DNA of 64,000 nt from a virus (taxonomy: Duplodnaviria; Caudoviricetes): positions 182 to 64,181 of the IMG/VR virus record IMGVR_UViG_2791355391_000001; one strand, written 5' to 3'. This document shows, one piece after another, positions 9,223-17,730 of this stretch. Position 1 is the stretch's first letter. Every line of letters begins with the position of its first letter. The translations under genes and the position numbers were made by a program. The notes under the pieces are model-generated. The model did no database searches and had not been told where the DNA came from. It saw only the letters and a program-made list of their open reading frames with translations.

Positions 9223-9417
9223 TTAATTTACTTTCCAGCTGAGAAGGTAGCCAGTGCTGCCATTGAGAGCTCTTTGTGCCTCAATGTTTTCATTTACCCA
9301 CCGGGAGATCATGTCGTCACGTTCATACGGATTTAAGCTCTCCCAGTTATCCGACTGTCTGTAAAATACTACGGTTACGGAAGAAACAGTGTCGATTTTA
9401 ACAGTAATCCGCGTCAT
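9223..9417 (-). CDS. Small hypothetical protein, last gene of RBP module B
   Basis: 64 aa, ATGA-coupled to 9414-10145. Confidence 0.6.
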   Translation of the reverse strand: MTRITVKIDTVSSVTVVFYRQSDNWESLNPYERDDMISRWVNENIEAQRALNGSTGYLLSWKVN

Positions 9418-10145
9418 ACCGTCTGTCCCCTGCCTGTCATGATATTGATACCGAGTGCAATGGCGGTCGCGATATCCCCCGCAGTAAATTCATTACCCCA
9501 GGCGCCGAAGAATCCCATATCTCCCTTCAGCATTGACGAACCAGCGGCACTGGCTCCCAGCATCAGCGGGCTACCTGCTACGTTTGCAAGATAACCTGCC
9601 GGGCTGGCGGCGATTGCAGTGCCGTCGGAAAGCGTGAGTTTATGGTTTCGGTTAGGGGAAATAACACCACATGCCACATACCACTTATTGACGATAATAC
9701 TCATACCTGACTGATAATAAATGCCCTGACTTCCGTCAGGCCATCCTACTCGCAGCTCCAGCCGCTGCCCGGTCGGGTTGAATGTAATGGCAAAACCATG
9801 ACCTGATCCGGGCGTCAAATCCCGGCAATCGAGCACATACTGAAATACATCAAATGCGCTCAAACGAAAGGCCGTCAGGAAGGAAAGCCCTGTCAGTCCT
9901 GGCTCTTTAAACGTGGTCTGACTGCCTGCGGTTCCGGGGAATTCAAGCCCGTATTGTTTCAGTTTCTGCACACCCTGCTGCACAGAAAAACCATGACGCG
10001 AATTATCCACCGGAGTCAGTAAATCAAATGCAACCTTCGGATTTGCTATTGCTGACAGAGGCGAAGATACAGGCTCAAAATGCTGTTTCGCCCAGTCAGT
10101 AATAATTCCGTCTGCATTTAACAAAATTCGTGTTCCGTTACCCAT
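9414..10145 (-). CDS. RBP-B partner, probable ConA/LamG-like beta-sandwich
   Basis: NKWYVACGV, PLMLGA, LKGDMGFFGAW pattern; directly follows RBP-B. Confidence 0.6.
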   Translation of the reverse strand: MGNGTRILLNADGIITDWAKQHFEPVSSPLSAIANPKVAFDLLTPVDNSRHGFSVQQGVQKLKQYGLEFPGTAGSQTTFKEPGLTGLSFLTAFRLSAFDVFQYVLDCRDLTPGSGHGFAITFNPTGQRLELRVGWPDGSQGIYYQSGMSIIVNKWYVACGVISPNRNHKLTLSDGTAIAASPAGYLANVAGSPLMLGASAAGSSMLKGDMGFFGAWGNEFTAGDIATAIALGINIMTGRGQTV

Positions 10146-10148
10146 TTA

Positions 10149-13103
10149 TTATTCCTCAATAAAAGCTTTTGCAGGAAGGTTTGGTGCTTTAGCACTTTCT
10201 CCGATCATTTCGTTTCCAGAACCACGCAACGTGCCAGGATAGGTTGCACCACTGGCCGGGTTCAGCCATGAACAGCCCGTCACCAGCGTTTTATCTGCTG
10301 CGAAATAGGTCACACCCGACGCATCAGGGATCAGCTCAATATCAGCACCGGTGACCCGGCAGCGGTTGCCATTGCCGTTGGTGTAGACCCGCGCCAGCTT
10401 GCCGCCATGAATATCGACAACAGCTTTTGCGCCAGGAGTATGGATAATTGCCGGGATGCAATTATCCAGGGTAATCCGCGGTATCCAGCTGTAATCACTG
10501 TTCAGGTAATCAGCGGTCCAGTTTGCCGCGTCTCCCGGAATATCGACGGTCTGGGCTGCGGCCAGCTCGATGGACGGATTGTTGATAACGCTGTGCAGGT
10601 TGCGCAGTGTGATCCGGGCGTTCGTCCCATCGCTGCCCTTTTTGTTGCGTGAGCCCACAGTGTTCTGATACAGGTCGGCAGGCAATTTGATGCCGCACAT
10701 GACAGCGTTCTGTGTTGGCTGGACGTTAATAGCCGTCATTCCATCAACGGTTATATTGTCGGGTAGCAGCGTTTTACGTCCAGTTACCGCGTAGTCGGTA
10801 AACTGAGAACGTAAGGCCGTAACAGCGCAGAACTCAAAATTGTCATTCGGTCTTCCGGTCTGGATACCGGCGAGATCAAACACCATATTGCGGATGGTGA
10901 TGGTAGGCGGTAGTTTGCTGTCGATGCCCTGATCAAGAGAGTTGGCCGTATCGATAATTCTGACAAGGTCAAATGACCGGGTCGTGTTGTACCATGCGGG
11001 TAGCCCTCTGTCCCACATCACCGTGACACCATCAATATTGAGAATGCCATCGTAGTCACTGGCATAGTCCTGCCTCATGCCGATGGCGTAGTTAAGGAAA
11101 TACTCCACTGCATCGCCACTGGTGCGGGTGATATACAGACGAAGTTTCTCTATCGACCACTCATTACCTCCCTGCAGGTTGATTTGCCTGCCTTTCACAG
11201 TCAGATCTTTGAAGAAAACATCGTACCCGAAGCTGTGGAAATCAACGCGGTTAAACGTATTTCTGTTGCCGTATAAACCCTTTATTCCATGATGCCCCTG
11301 AAACCCCCAGCCATGCAGTCCGTAATAGTTATCGATATGCACGTTGCAGGTATCTCGAATGCAGATGACATATGAGCCGTTCTCCGCCGGGTGACAGGTG
11401 GTTTCTCCGTATTCGCAAAAGACGTCAAAAACTTCGCGAGCAGAAATAACCACGCGGCTTTCGAGACTTGTTGAAGCCGTTTGCCATGACGTATGCACCA
11501 GGTTTTTAATGCGCACCATCGGCCTGGAGACTTCGATATTCAGGAATCGACGACTGTCGCCCAGCTCAATAAAATGCGGGCATTCAAATTCCAGAAAATC
11601 ATCTTCTTTCGGGATAATCGCAGCGTAGCCAATTGAGCCGGTCGGAATATCTTTCACAATCCGTTCCGTCAGCGCGCCATTTCTACCAATACGGGAGAAT
11701 TCACGGTATAAAACCCGGTCACGAGGGTTATCCCTGTTTCCGTTTCGGTAAATCTCCACTTCATTAGAAAGCGCATAGAACATCCCGCCGTAATAAGGAT
11801 ACAGTTTCGGATACGGCAAATAGTTAGAGCCTTTTTTCAGGTACTGAGAGTAACTGGTGTTGAACGTAGCCAGCTCAGCAGGAGTGAGCTCAATACGTTC
11901 TTTACCCTTGATATTGAACATACGTTTTGGCTCAGGCGCTGTAGGATCAAGCAGTCGCAGTGGCCCCCAGCGGATTTCGTTAACACCTGAGTCAGCGGAG
12001 GTAAAAATTATCGACCCTCCGAGTGACGTTTTTGTCCGAACCTCTGCCTCATGGTCAACTAATACCAGGAAGGCACCATCATTCTGACGAACCGGGATAT
12101 TGAGCAGGTTCGCATAACGATGAGCATTCTGGATAGCGGCATCGGCAGCTTCAACGCCTGACAGATATGCTATCGCGGATGAACGGTTGCCCAGCGCCAG
12201 AGCGACCTGCACAGAAAGGAGCGTAGCACCAGGAACGCGGGGGGCCATAAACATGTCATAGCTGACAAATTCCGCCTGGCGATACCAGCGGCGTCCCAGC
12301 ACATCGACCAGTATCCCGCCCGGTATTTCCCCGGAGGTCGTATCATCCGGGTTGACCACGAAGCGGCCGCCAGTGCGCTGACCTACGACATCCCGTACCG
12401 TTGCCGTGCCTGTGTAGTTACGGATGGAATCATAGTCCGCTGCCGTATCGCCTGGCTCAATCGAACCACCACCGCTGCCGCCCTCACCGAAACCGATCAT
12501 CGTGCCGTCAGTCCGTTGACCGCACATCACCAGACCATTTCGATAGTAGATGACAAAACGCCATCCATCCGGCGGATTGTTATCAATGATGCTGCCGCCA
12601 AACTCTAACCCGGAATCTGAAGAATAGAGCTTCTGAAATTCATCGGCATACAGTCGCCCGTCTTTGTAGCCGAACGGTGAAAGACCATTTTTAAACACCA
12701 CTGCAAATGGGTTTTCACCCTGGCTGTCTATTAATCCCCTCACTGAATCTACAGCCTGACTGGACGGCATTTTTCGTCCGGTTGCGGTCAGCGTCCCGCC
12801 AACGTTCATGACCTCGATCGCGAGGGCGCTGTCGTCCGGGCTGCGGTAATACGTGGTGCTCCCCTCGGGGATATTCGCGATATCCTCCTGCGCCGCTGCC
12901 AGTGTCTGGTATTGCTTGCTGAGCGGGATAAGGTTCTGCCTGACCTCATCGTTTTTCGCCATCATCTGGCGCCATGAATAAAGAGGATCACCGCCACGGT
13001 CGGGAACATCTGCGGCGGGCCCATTGACCAGCTTATCCAGGCGCTCGGCGTTATCGAGCAACACAGCGGGAGACGTGCTCCCCAACTCCGGGTTAAAGGC
13101 CAT
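10149..13103 (-). CDS. Tail spike/receptor-binding protein B, probable beta-helix capsule depolymerase
   Basis: Shared anchor; ADAAIQNAH helix followed by beta-strand-rich repeats typical of pectate-lyase-like spikes; co-oriented with tail operon. Confidence 0.8.
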   Translation of the reverse strand: MAFNPELGSTSPAVLLDNAERLDKLVNGPAADVPDRGGDPLYSWRQMMAKNDEVRQNLIPLSKQYQTLAAAQEDIANIPEGSTTYYRSPDDSALAIEVMNVGGTLTATGRKMPSSQAVDSVRGLIDSQGENPFAVVFKNGLSPFGYKDGRLYADEFQKLYSSDSGLEFGGSIIDNNPPDGWRFVIYYRNGLVMCGQRTDGTMIGFGEGGSGGGSIEPGDTAADYDSIRNYTGTATVRDVVGQRTGGRFVVNPDDTTSGEIPGGILVDVLGRRWYRQAEFVSYDMFMAPRVPGATLLSVQVALALGNRSSAIAYLSGVEAADAAIQNAHRYANLLNIPVRQNDGAFLVLVDHEAEVRTKTSLGGSIIFTSADSGVNEIRWGPLRLLDPTAPEPKRMFNIKGKERIELTPAELATFNTSYSQYLKKGSNYLPYPKLYPYYGGMFYALSNEVEIYRNGNRDNPRDRVLYREFSRIGRNGALTERIVKDIPTGSIGYAAIIPKEDDFLEFECPHFIELGDSRRFLNIEVSRPMVRIKNLVHTSWQTASTSLESRVVISAREVFDVFCEYGETTCHPAENGSYVICIRDTCNVHIDNYYGLHGWGFQGHHGIKGLYGNRNTFNRVDFHSFGYDVFFKDLTVKGRQINLQGGNEWSIEKLRLYITRTSGDAVEYFLNYAIGMRQDYASDYDGILNIDGVTVMWDRGLPAWYNTTRSFDLVRIIDTANSLDQGIDSKLPPTITIRNMVFDLAGIQTGRPNDNFEFCAVTALRSQFTDYAVTGRKTLLPDNITVDGMTAINVQPTQNAVMCGIKLPADLYQNTVGSRNKKGSDGTNARITLRNLHSVINNPSIELAAAQTVDIPGDAANWTADYLNSDYSWIPRITLDNCIPAIIHTPGAKAVVDIHGGKLARVYTNGNGNRCRVTGADIELIPDASGVTYFAADKTLVTGCSWLNPASGATYPGTLRGSGNEMIGESAKAPNLPAKAFIEE

Positions 13104-13126
13104 GTTTTTTGCTCCAAAAAAGAGGC

Positions 13127-13152
13127 TTCGCGCAAACGAGGGTTTGAGCGAA
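13127..13152 (-). other. Right invertase crossover site
   Basis: Reverse complement TTCGCTCAAACCCTCGTTTGCGCGAA, one mismatch to the left site. Confidence 0.85.
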
Positions 13153-13180
13153 AGAAATGTTGAAAGGGATTTTTTTGGTA

Positions 13181-16100
13181 TTAAGCGACGTCGCCAGGGT
13201 ATGTGGCGTCGTCGTACTGGTAGAAAATGTCGCTGTACTGTCTTGCAGTCACCTGGCAGGTTCCGTCTGCCTGCGGCGCTATTTCCTCTAATATGGCGTC
13301 ATAGATACCCCGCGTTGAGCTACAGAACACCAGTCGCGGCGGTTCAATGCTCGGATCGTTCAGCATGATTTCATCGAAAGCGGCTTGCCATGGAACAGAC
13401 AACTGATAATCCCCGACGAAAGTGGCCTCCAGCAGCCCCGAGGCAGAGCCATCCTGGTAGCGCAGAATTACGCGTGGGTTTTCAAAGGTCCAGTCCAGCG
13501 GTTCGGAGACGGTAAATACCGTTTCAATACCCGTTGTGGCCATATCCATAACCAGGCTACTTACCGTTTTATTTCCCGGAATGTCATCCGTCAGCAGAAT
13601 GCGATCGCCATACTGATAGACCAGCGCATCCAGTTCAGTTGTCGTGTTATGGCCCAGCCGCTGATAGAGGTATTTCATCAGGCGGCGCATGCCGATTTGA
13701 TAGGCGCGGTTCGGGTCAAGCACGCCATCGAGGGTATACTGCTCTATCTTACGGGGCGTAGGATTGTCCGGCGTGCGGCACTTTACGGTCTCTTCAGACC
13801 ATGTGGTGCCATTGATATAGGTGACATCCACACCATCGTAATCATCGGCGGACGGCGCCGAAAAGGTGGTCTGTAACTCTTCGGTCATTTCATGCGGGCT
13901 GATAATACCGGACCAGTTTTTAATCCCTTCCCTGCCTACAGATGCGAGCCCGTCACTCAGCAGGAAATATGATTTCCCCGCCGTGGTGATCTTCTGCAGC
14001 ATTTCCAGCGCGGAGACACTGTCGCCTGTCGCGAAGTCGAAATACTCATTTTTCGGGGTCCAGTAGGTTGCCTCGAGGGTGTTAATGGCTTCAGTGTCCA
14101 TCGCCAGGCCAAGAGAATTACCGACATGAAACAGCGCGCTGGAGATTCGCCGCGGAGCGCCGGTATCATAAATACGCGTGGCCACAACGTTTACGCGTCG
14201 ATCAGACTGCGCTGCCAGTTTTCCTCCTGTCTCGACCGTCACGCCCATCAGCGTAACACCGGTGTAAGAGGCTGGTCGGGTTAGTAACCTCCCGCGCAGC
14301 GCCTGCCAGTACATCGAGTCACGCGCGTTATTGCTACCCTGCTCATTGCGGCGGCGGCACCGCACCTCAACCAGACCAGGGGAGGCCAGTTCAAAGCGCT
14401 CAGTGAACCCCAAGGCATTCACGTTTTTCATTTCGTAAACACCCTGCCGGCTTATCCATCCGGTACCGGAACCATACACCCGATACTGAATTTCCCATTC
14501 ACAGTGCCTGACGCGCTTCTTACCTTTGTTGTCAAAGCCGCAAATACCGGAAGGGAATGAAAAGTTCACTTCAAATGCATTTACCACCTCATTATCCGGG
14601 CAGGCGAGAAACGGCCCCATCCAGCTATTGTTGTCGTTAATCCCGGTCGCCTGATAATCAATCATCGTCCTGGGTGAGAACCCCGGCCATGCAGGATCAA
14701 TGCCTCCATTAATCATGCGCTGTACTGTCGCGGTCGTACCGTCTGCTGAGGCAATACGGTATTCATTTCCCCGGTGCGCAAGTGACAGCCGCTGTGTCCC
14801 TTCAGGAACACCGGAAAATGCTGCACCGCCAGCACTGCCATAAGCAAGGGTTACATTGGCGGTGATCGCCGGGCTGCCTCCGCTGGATGCGGTACCATCG
14901 GTGAAAACCGGACTATCCCCGAATACGGAAACAGGAAGTGATGATGCGGTAATACTGCCGCCCAGCCACGGGCTGGACTTCTCAATGATACGCACAACCC
15001 CGCCATCATCCTGAGCGACCAGGTTCGACCCGGCAATTGCTTCATTGATTGCCGCCAGCAGTCCAGACATATTGCCGTAGTTGGCGATAAACGAAACGGT
15101 ATAGGTAGTTGCCTGCCAAGTCAGTGTAAATGTCTGGCTGATGATCGAAAAATCATAGGTTGTCGGGGCTGCACTGCCGCGCAATGAAGCAGCCGATCCC
15201 CCCACACCCGGAACAGCATCCTGCTTTGGCGTGAACGTAGCGATGAAGAGATCATATTCTGCCCCGTTAATTTCCAGCGTAACGGGCATACCAGCATAGG
15301 GGTTAATCTCAGTCACCGTATCACTGAACAGAACGCTGTAACCCGATGAAGAAGAGATCAGGTAGTTGGTCGGCGCAATGATAGTCACCAGTGCACCTTT
15401 CACCCAGGACTCAGGCAGAGAATCATCGCCATCATCATCATTCAGTCCGGTAAACGAAACCGACGATCCTGAAACGGTCATGCTGTCGGCGGTAATATCG
15501 GATGAATCCGGCGCTGTCTGCGCCATATCAAGGCCGTTGCCGCTGGACGTTCCTCCCACCTCGGTAGAATTGAACCAGTTTTCACTGCGGCGATCGCCTG
15601 AAACATTTGCTTCCGGCGGATACAGAGTCCAGGAAAATGAATCACCTAGGGCGGTGATAGGCGTCGAACCAATCCTGATATCGCCGTTTGTAAAAGTCAC
15701 ATTCCCGCGGCTCACGCAAATCATCATCTCAACCGTCATTCTGGTTGGATCATCTGGGTTAAAACGACTTACCGGCTGTACGACATAATCCGGATAAACC
15801 CGCGCACGACCGAACAACTCCCGGATGGGATCACCCAGTTTTGCCGTATTCGATTTTGCCGGATTTAAGTCCAGGGACTTCCCTGTTGATGAACCATACC
15901 CCCCCGAGTCGAGCTTATTCATCATGTAGATAGAATATGCTGCAGCGGATACCGCTACGACCAGAGCCGCTATAGCAAAGCCCGCAGCGTAAGGTACGGG
16001 GTAAATCTTCACGTCAGTATCTGGTGCCAGTTCGCGGCGCGGCCAATCCTCCACTGAGAGTGGCACGCCATCAATCTCAACGCTAACTGGTTGTGAATTT

Positions 16101-16216
16101 CCAGAATCATAATTTTCGACGTTCATCTTCATCCATTCATGCAGGGTTATGAGCGCATGCTGATGGGTTTCCAGCGGTTCGCCGGGCAGTCGGGAGGGAT
16201 AAATACGGATCGTCAT
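13181..16216 (-). CDS. Tail tip/central fibre (host specificity J-like) protein
   Basis: 1011 aa, LGDPIRELFGRARVYPD motif, position after NlpC/P60 gene. Confidence 0.85.
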   Translation of the reverse strand: MTIRIYPSRLPGEPLETHQHALITLHEWMKMNVENYDSGNSQPVSVEIDGVPLSVEDWPRRELAPDTDVKIYPVPYAAGFAIAALVVAVSAAAYSIYMMNKLDSGGYGSSTGKSLDLNPAKSNTAKLGDPIRELFGRARVYPDYVVQPVSRFNPDDPTRMTVEMMICVSRGNVTFTNGDIRIGSTPITALGDSFSWTLYPPEANVSGDRRSENWFNSTEVGGTSSGNGLDMAQTAPDSSDITADSMTVSGSSVSFTGLNDDDGDDSLPESWVKGALVTIIAPTNYLISSSSGYSVLFSDTVTEINPYAGMPVTLEINGAEYDLFIATFTPKQDAVPGVGGSAASLRGSAAPTTYDFSIISQTFTLTWQATTYTVSFIANYGNMSGLLAAINEAIAGSNLVAQDDGGVVRIIEKSSPWLGGSITASSLPVSVFGDSPVFTDGTASSGGSPAITANVTLAYGSAGGAAFSGVPEGTQRLSLAHRGNEYRIASADGTTATVQRMINGGIDPAWPGFSPRTMIDYQATGINDNNSWMGPFLACPDNEVVNAFEVNFSFPSGICGFDNKGKKRVRHCEWEIQYRVYGSGTGWISRQGVYEMKNVNALGFTERFELASPGLVEVRCRRRNEQGSNNARDSMYWQALRGRLLTRPASYTGVTLMGVTVETGGKLAAQSDRRVNVVATRIYDTGAPRRISSALFHVGNSLGLAMDTEAINTLEATYWTPKNEYFDFATGDSVSALEMLQKITTAGKSYFLLSDGLASVGREGIKNWSGIISPHEMTEELQTTFSAPSADDYDGVDVTYINGTTWSEETVKCRTPDNPTPRKIEQYTLDGVLDPNRAYQIGMRRLMKYLYQRLGHNTTTELDALVYQYGDRILLTDDIPGNKTVSSLVMDMATTGIETVFTVSEPLDWTFENPRVILRYQDGSASGLLEATFVGDYQLSVPWQAAFDEIMLNDPSIEPPRLVFCSSTRGIYDAILEEIAPQADGTCQVTARQYSDIFYQYDDATYPGDVA

Positions 16217-16593
16217 CGCCAGAATTCCACCTTGATAAATCGCCGTTTAAATTTCCATACCGGCATAAAAGAAACATTTGACCCGGGGTTACATTCCGCT
16301 ACCTGTAGCAATCCGTTCAGCTCAACAACAACCCCCACATGGGTAACCATTGTCCCCGAATAACACGCCACGCCAGCACCGATGCATGGCTCACAACGTT
16401 CGAGTTTTAACATCAGTTTTCTGGCTTCTTTATCAAGGCCGCCGCCGTCTTTGGTCACACCTGCAAAGTCTGGCCATTCAGGTAGCCCAAGGTCGCGACG
16501 TATCTCATTCACAATGCCAAAGCAGTCAAGTTTGGGAAAAGTACGGCCGCCCTTCAGCCAGGTGACCGAAAGGTATTTATCAGGTTCAAACAT
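16213..16593 (-). CDS. Tail tip assembly protein, NlpC/P60-like
   Basis: GGRTFPKLDCFGIV and HVGVV motifs. Confidence 0.85.
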   Translation of the reverse strand: MFEPDKYLSVTWLKGGRTFPKLDCFGIVNEIRRDLGLPEWPDFAGVTKDGGGLDKEARKLMLKLERCEPCIGAGVACYSGTMVTHVGVVVELNGLLQVAECNPGSNVSFMPVWKFKRRFIKVEFWR

Positions 16594-16602
16594 GGGGAAG
16601 CC

Positions 16603-17085
16603 TCAACTCATGTAACGCAGGCCGGGATACTCATTTAGGGTGTAACGGAATCTCGGCCAGGCGGTATCGAGAACGTTCATATAGCCGGCAGTGATTTGTG
16701 CCTGCAGCGCTGTCCAGGATCCCGATTTGATAGCGAGCGTATACGGCACGGTAGCCGGAGCATTAAGGTCCGTTGAAACATATTGCCTGTAAGTCATAGA
16801 GCCATATTGCCTCGCTGCCAGGGCATCACGAATCGATGTACTCGCCTCCCCTTTTATGTTGCTGACAGCGAACTTCAAATCCTGTGTTCCGTCGCTGTTT
16901 CTGGCCGGGATGGCGATATCGATAGCTGCGGCTGAAAAGGTAATAACAGCGCCATTTTCGGTCGTCGCTGTAATGTCGTCGTAGCCCTTGCAGAAATAAT
17001 GCACCGTCGAACCGATATTGATTTGTAGTGTTTCAATGATGACTTCAGTTCCGCTGCTGGCGTAGAGGCGGTTGAGTATTGTCAT
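16603..17085 (-). CDS. Minor tail protein (DUF1833-like)
   Basis: 160 aa, synteny in tail tip cluster, YPGL C-terminus. Confidence 0.75.
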   Translation of the reverse strand: MTILNRLYASSGTEVIIETLQINIGSTVHYFCKGYDDITATTENGAVITFSAAAIDIAIPARNSDGTQDLKFAVSNIKGEASTSIRDALAARQYGSMTYRQYVSTDLNAPATVPYTLAIKSGSWTALQAQITAGYMNVLDTAWPRFRYTLNEYPGLRYMS

Positions 17086-17098
17086 GATTTTTACCCAA

Positions 17099-17130
17099 TA
17101 AAAAAGGCCACCCGAAGGTGACCTTAAAAA
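17099..17130. terminator. Intrinsic terminator
   Basis: Minus strand AAGGTCACC-TTCG-GGTGGCCTTTTTT. Confidence 0.8.
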
Positions 17131-17133
17131 TTG

Positions 17134-17236
17134 GTGTCGAATGTGGGTGTACCCTCACCGGCAGGATCGCTATTCCGCGCTTTATTTCACGCTCCGGCTA
17201 CGGAGCGGCATGAAGGACTTTCCCACAAATCGACAC
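17134..17236 (-). ncRNA. Candidate structured small RNA between tail genes
   Basis: Ends pair (GUGUCGA/UCGACAC, UGUGGG/CCCACA, CCUUCA/UGAGGG), inner GCUCCG-UAGC-CGGAGC; promoter-like TTGATT-16-CATAAT upstream, terminator downstream. Confidence 0.5.
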
Positions 17237-17265
17237 AAGTGATTATGAAGGTGAAACGGTTTTAA

Positions 17266-17730
17266 TCAAGCCTTGGGCCACTCCTTATTCAGCGCAATAT
17301 CCAGCCGTGAGCTTCCGACGATCCATTCCGGGTAATTACCCCATGGGGCAGGAGCAAGGGGGCGTTCCCATAACTCAAGCGTCGCCGTGTACTTCCAGTA
17401 AATCGGGGCCAGCAGCACCGGTCCCTGATAAATATCTGTGAAGCGGCATTTGTAAAACTTAATGCCTGCCGGCGTCTGCAGCTTCATCATGAACCATGCA
17501 GCCCCGTCAGATAACGCATCACGGAACCAGGACTCAAACGCCAGTCCCTGCGCATCGGTTTCCATAAACCAGGTGATGCTGGCCTGCGTCGGCGTGGACG
17601 TATAAGCTCGCCTTTGCCGCGCGCGGCCGGTGGTTAACTGGGTTCGTTTTAACGGGCTTACAGGCTGGAATCCGTACCCTTCCTGTAAAGGCATGGGGAG
17701 ATAGTCGTGCGGATAAAATATGTCAGCCAT
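17266..17730 (-). CDS. Distal tail protein
   Basis: 154 aa immediately after tape measure; GRARQRR and FESWF...GAAWF pattern. Confidence 0.75.
   Translation of the reverse strand: MADIFYPHDYLPMPLQEGYGFQPVSPLKRTQLTTGRARQRRAYTSTPTQASITWFMETDAQGLAFESWFRDALSDGAAWFMMKLQTPAGIKFYKCRFTDIYQGPVLLAPIYWKYTATLELWERPLAPAPWGNYPEWIVGSSRLDIALNKEWPKA

Larger units (their letters stand above)
6357..13152. mobile_element. Invertible receptor-binding-protein segment, about 6.8 kb
   Basis: Bounded by inverted 26-bp sites; inverted near-identity extends about 385 bp (6357-6742 versus 12766-13152). Confidence 0.85.

Noticed and set aside
6405-13103. Diversity-generating retroelement template/variable repeat pair
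   Set aside because: Repeats are inverted, cover N-terminal anchors, differences are not adenine-specific, and no reverse transcriptase is present
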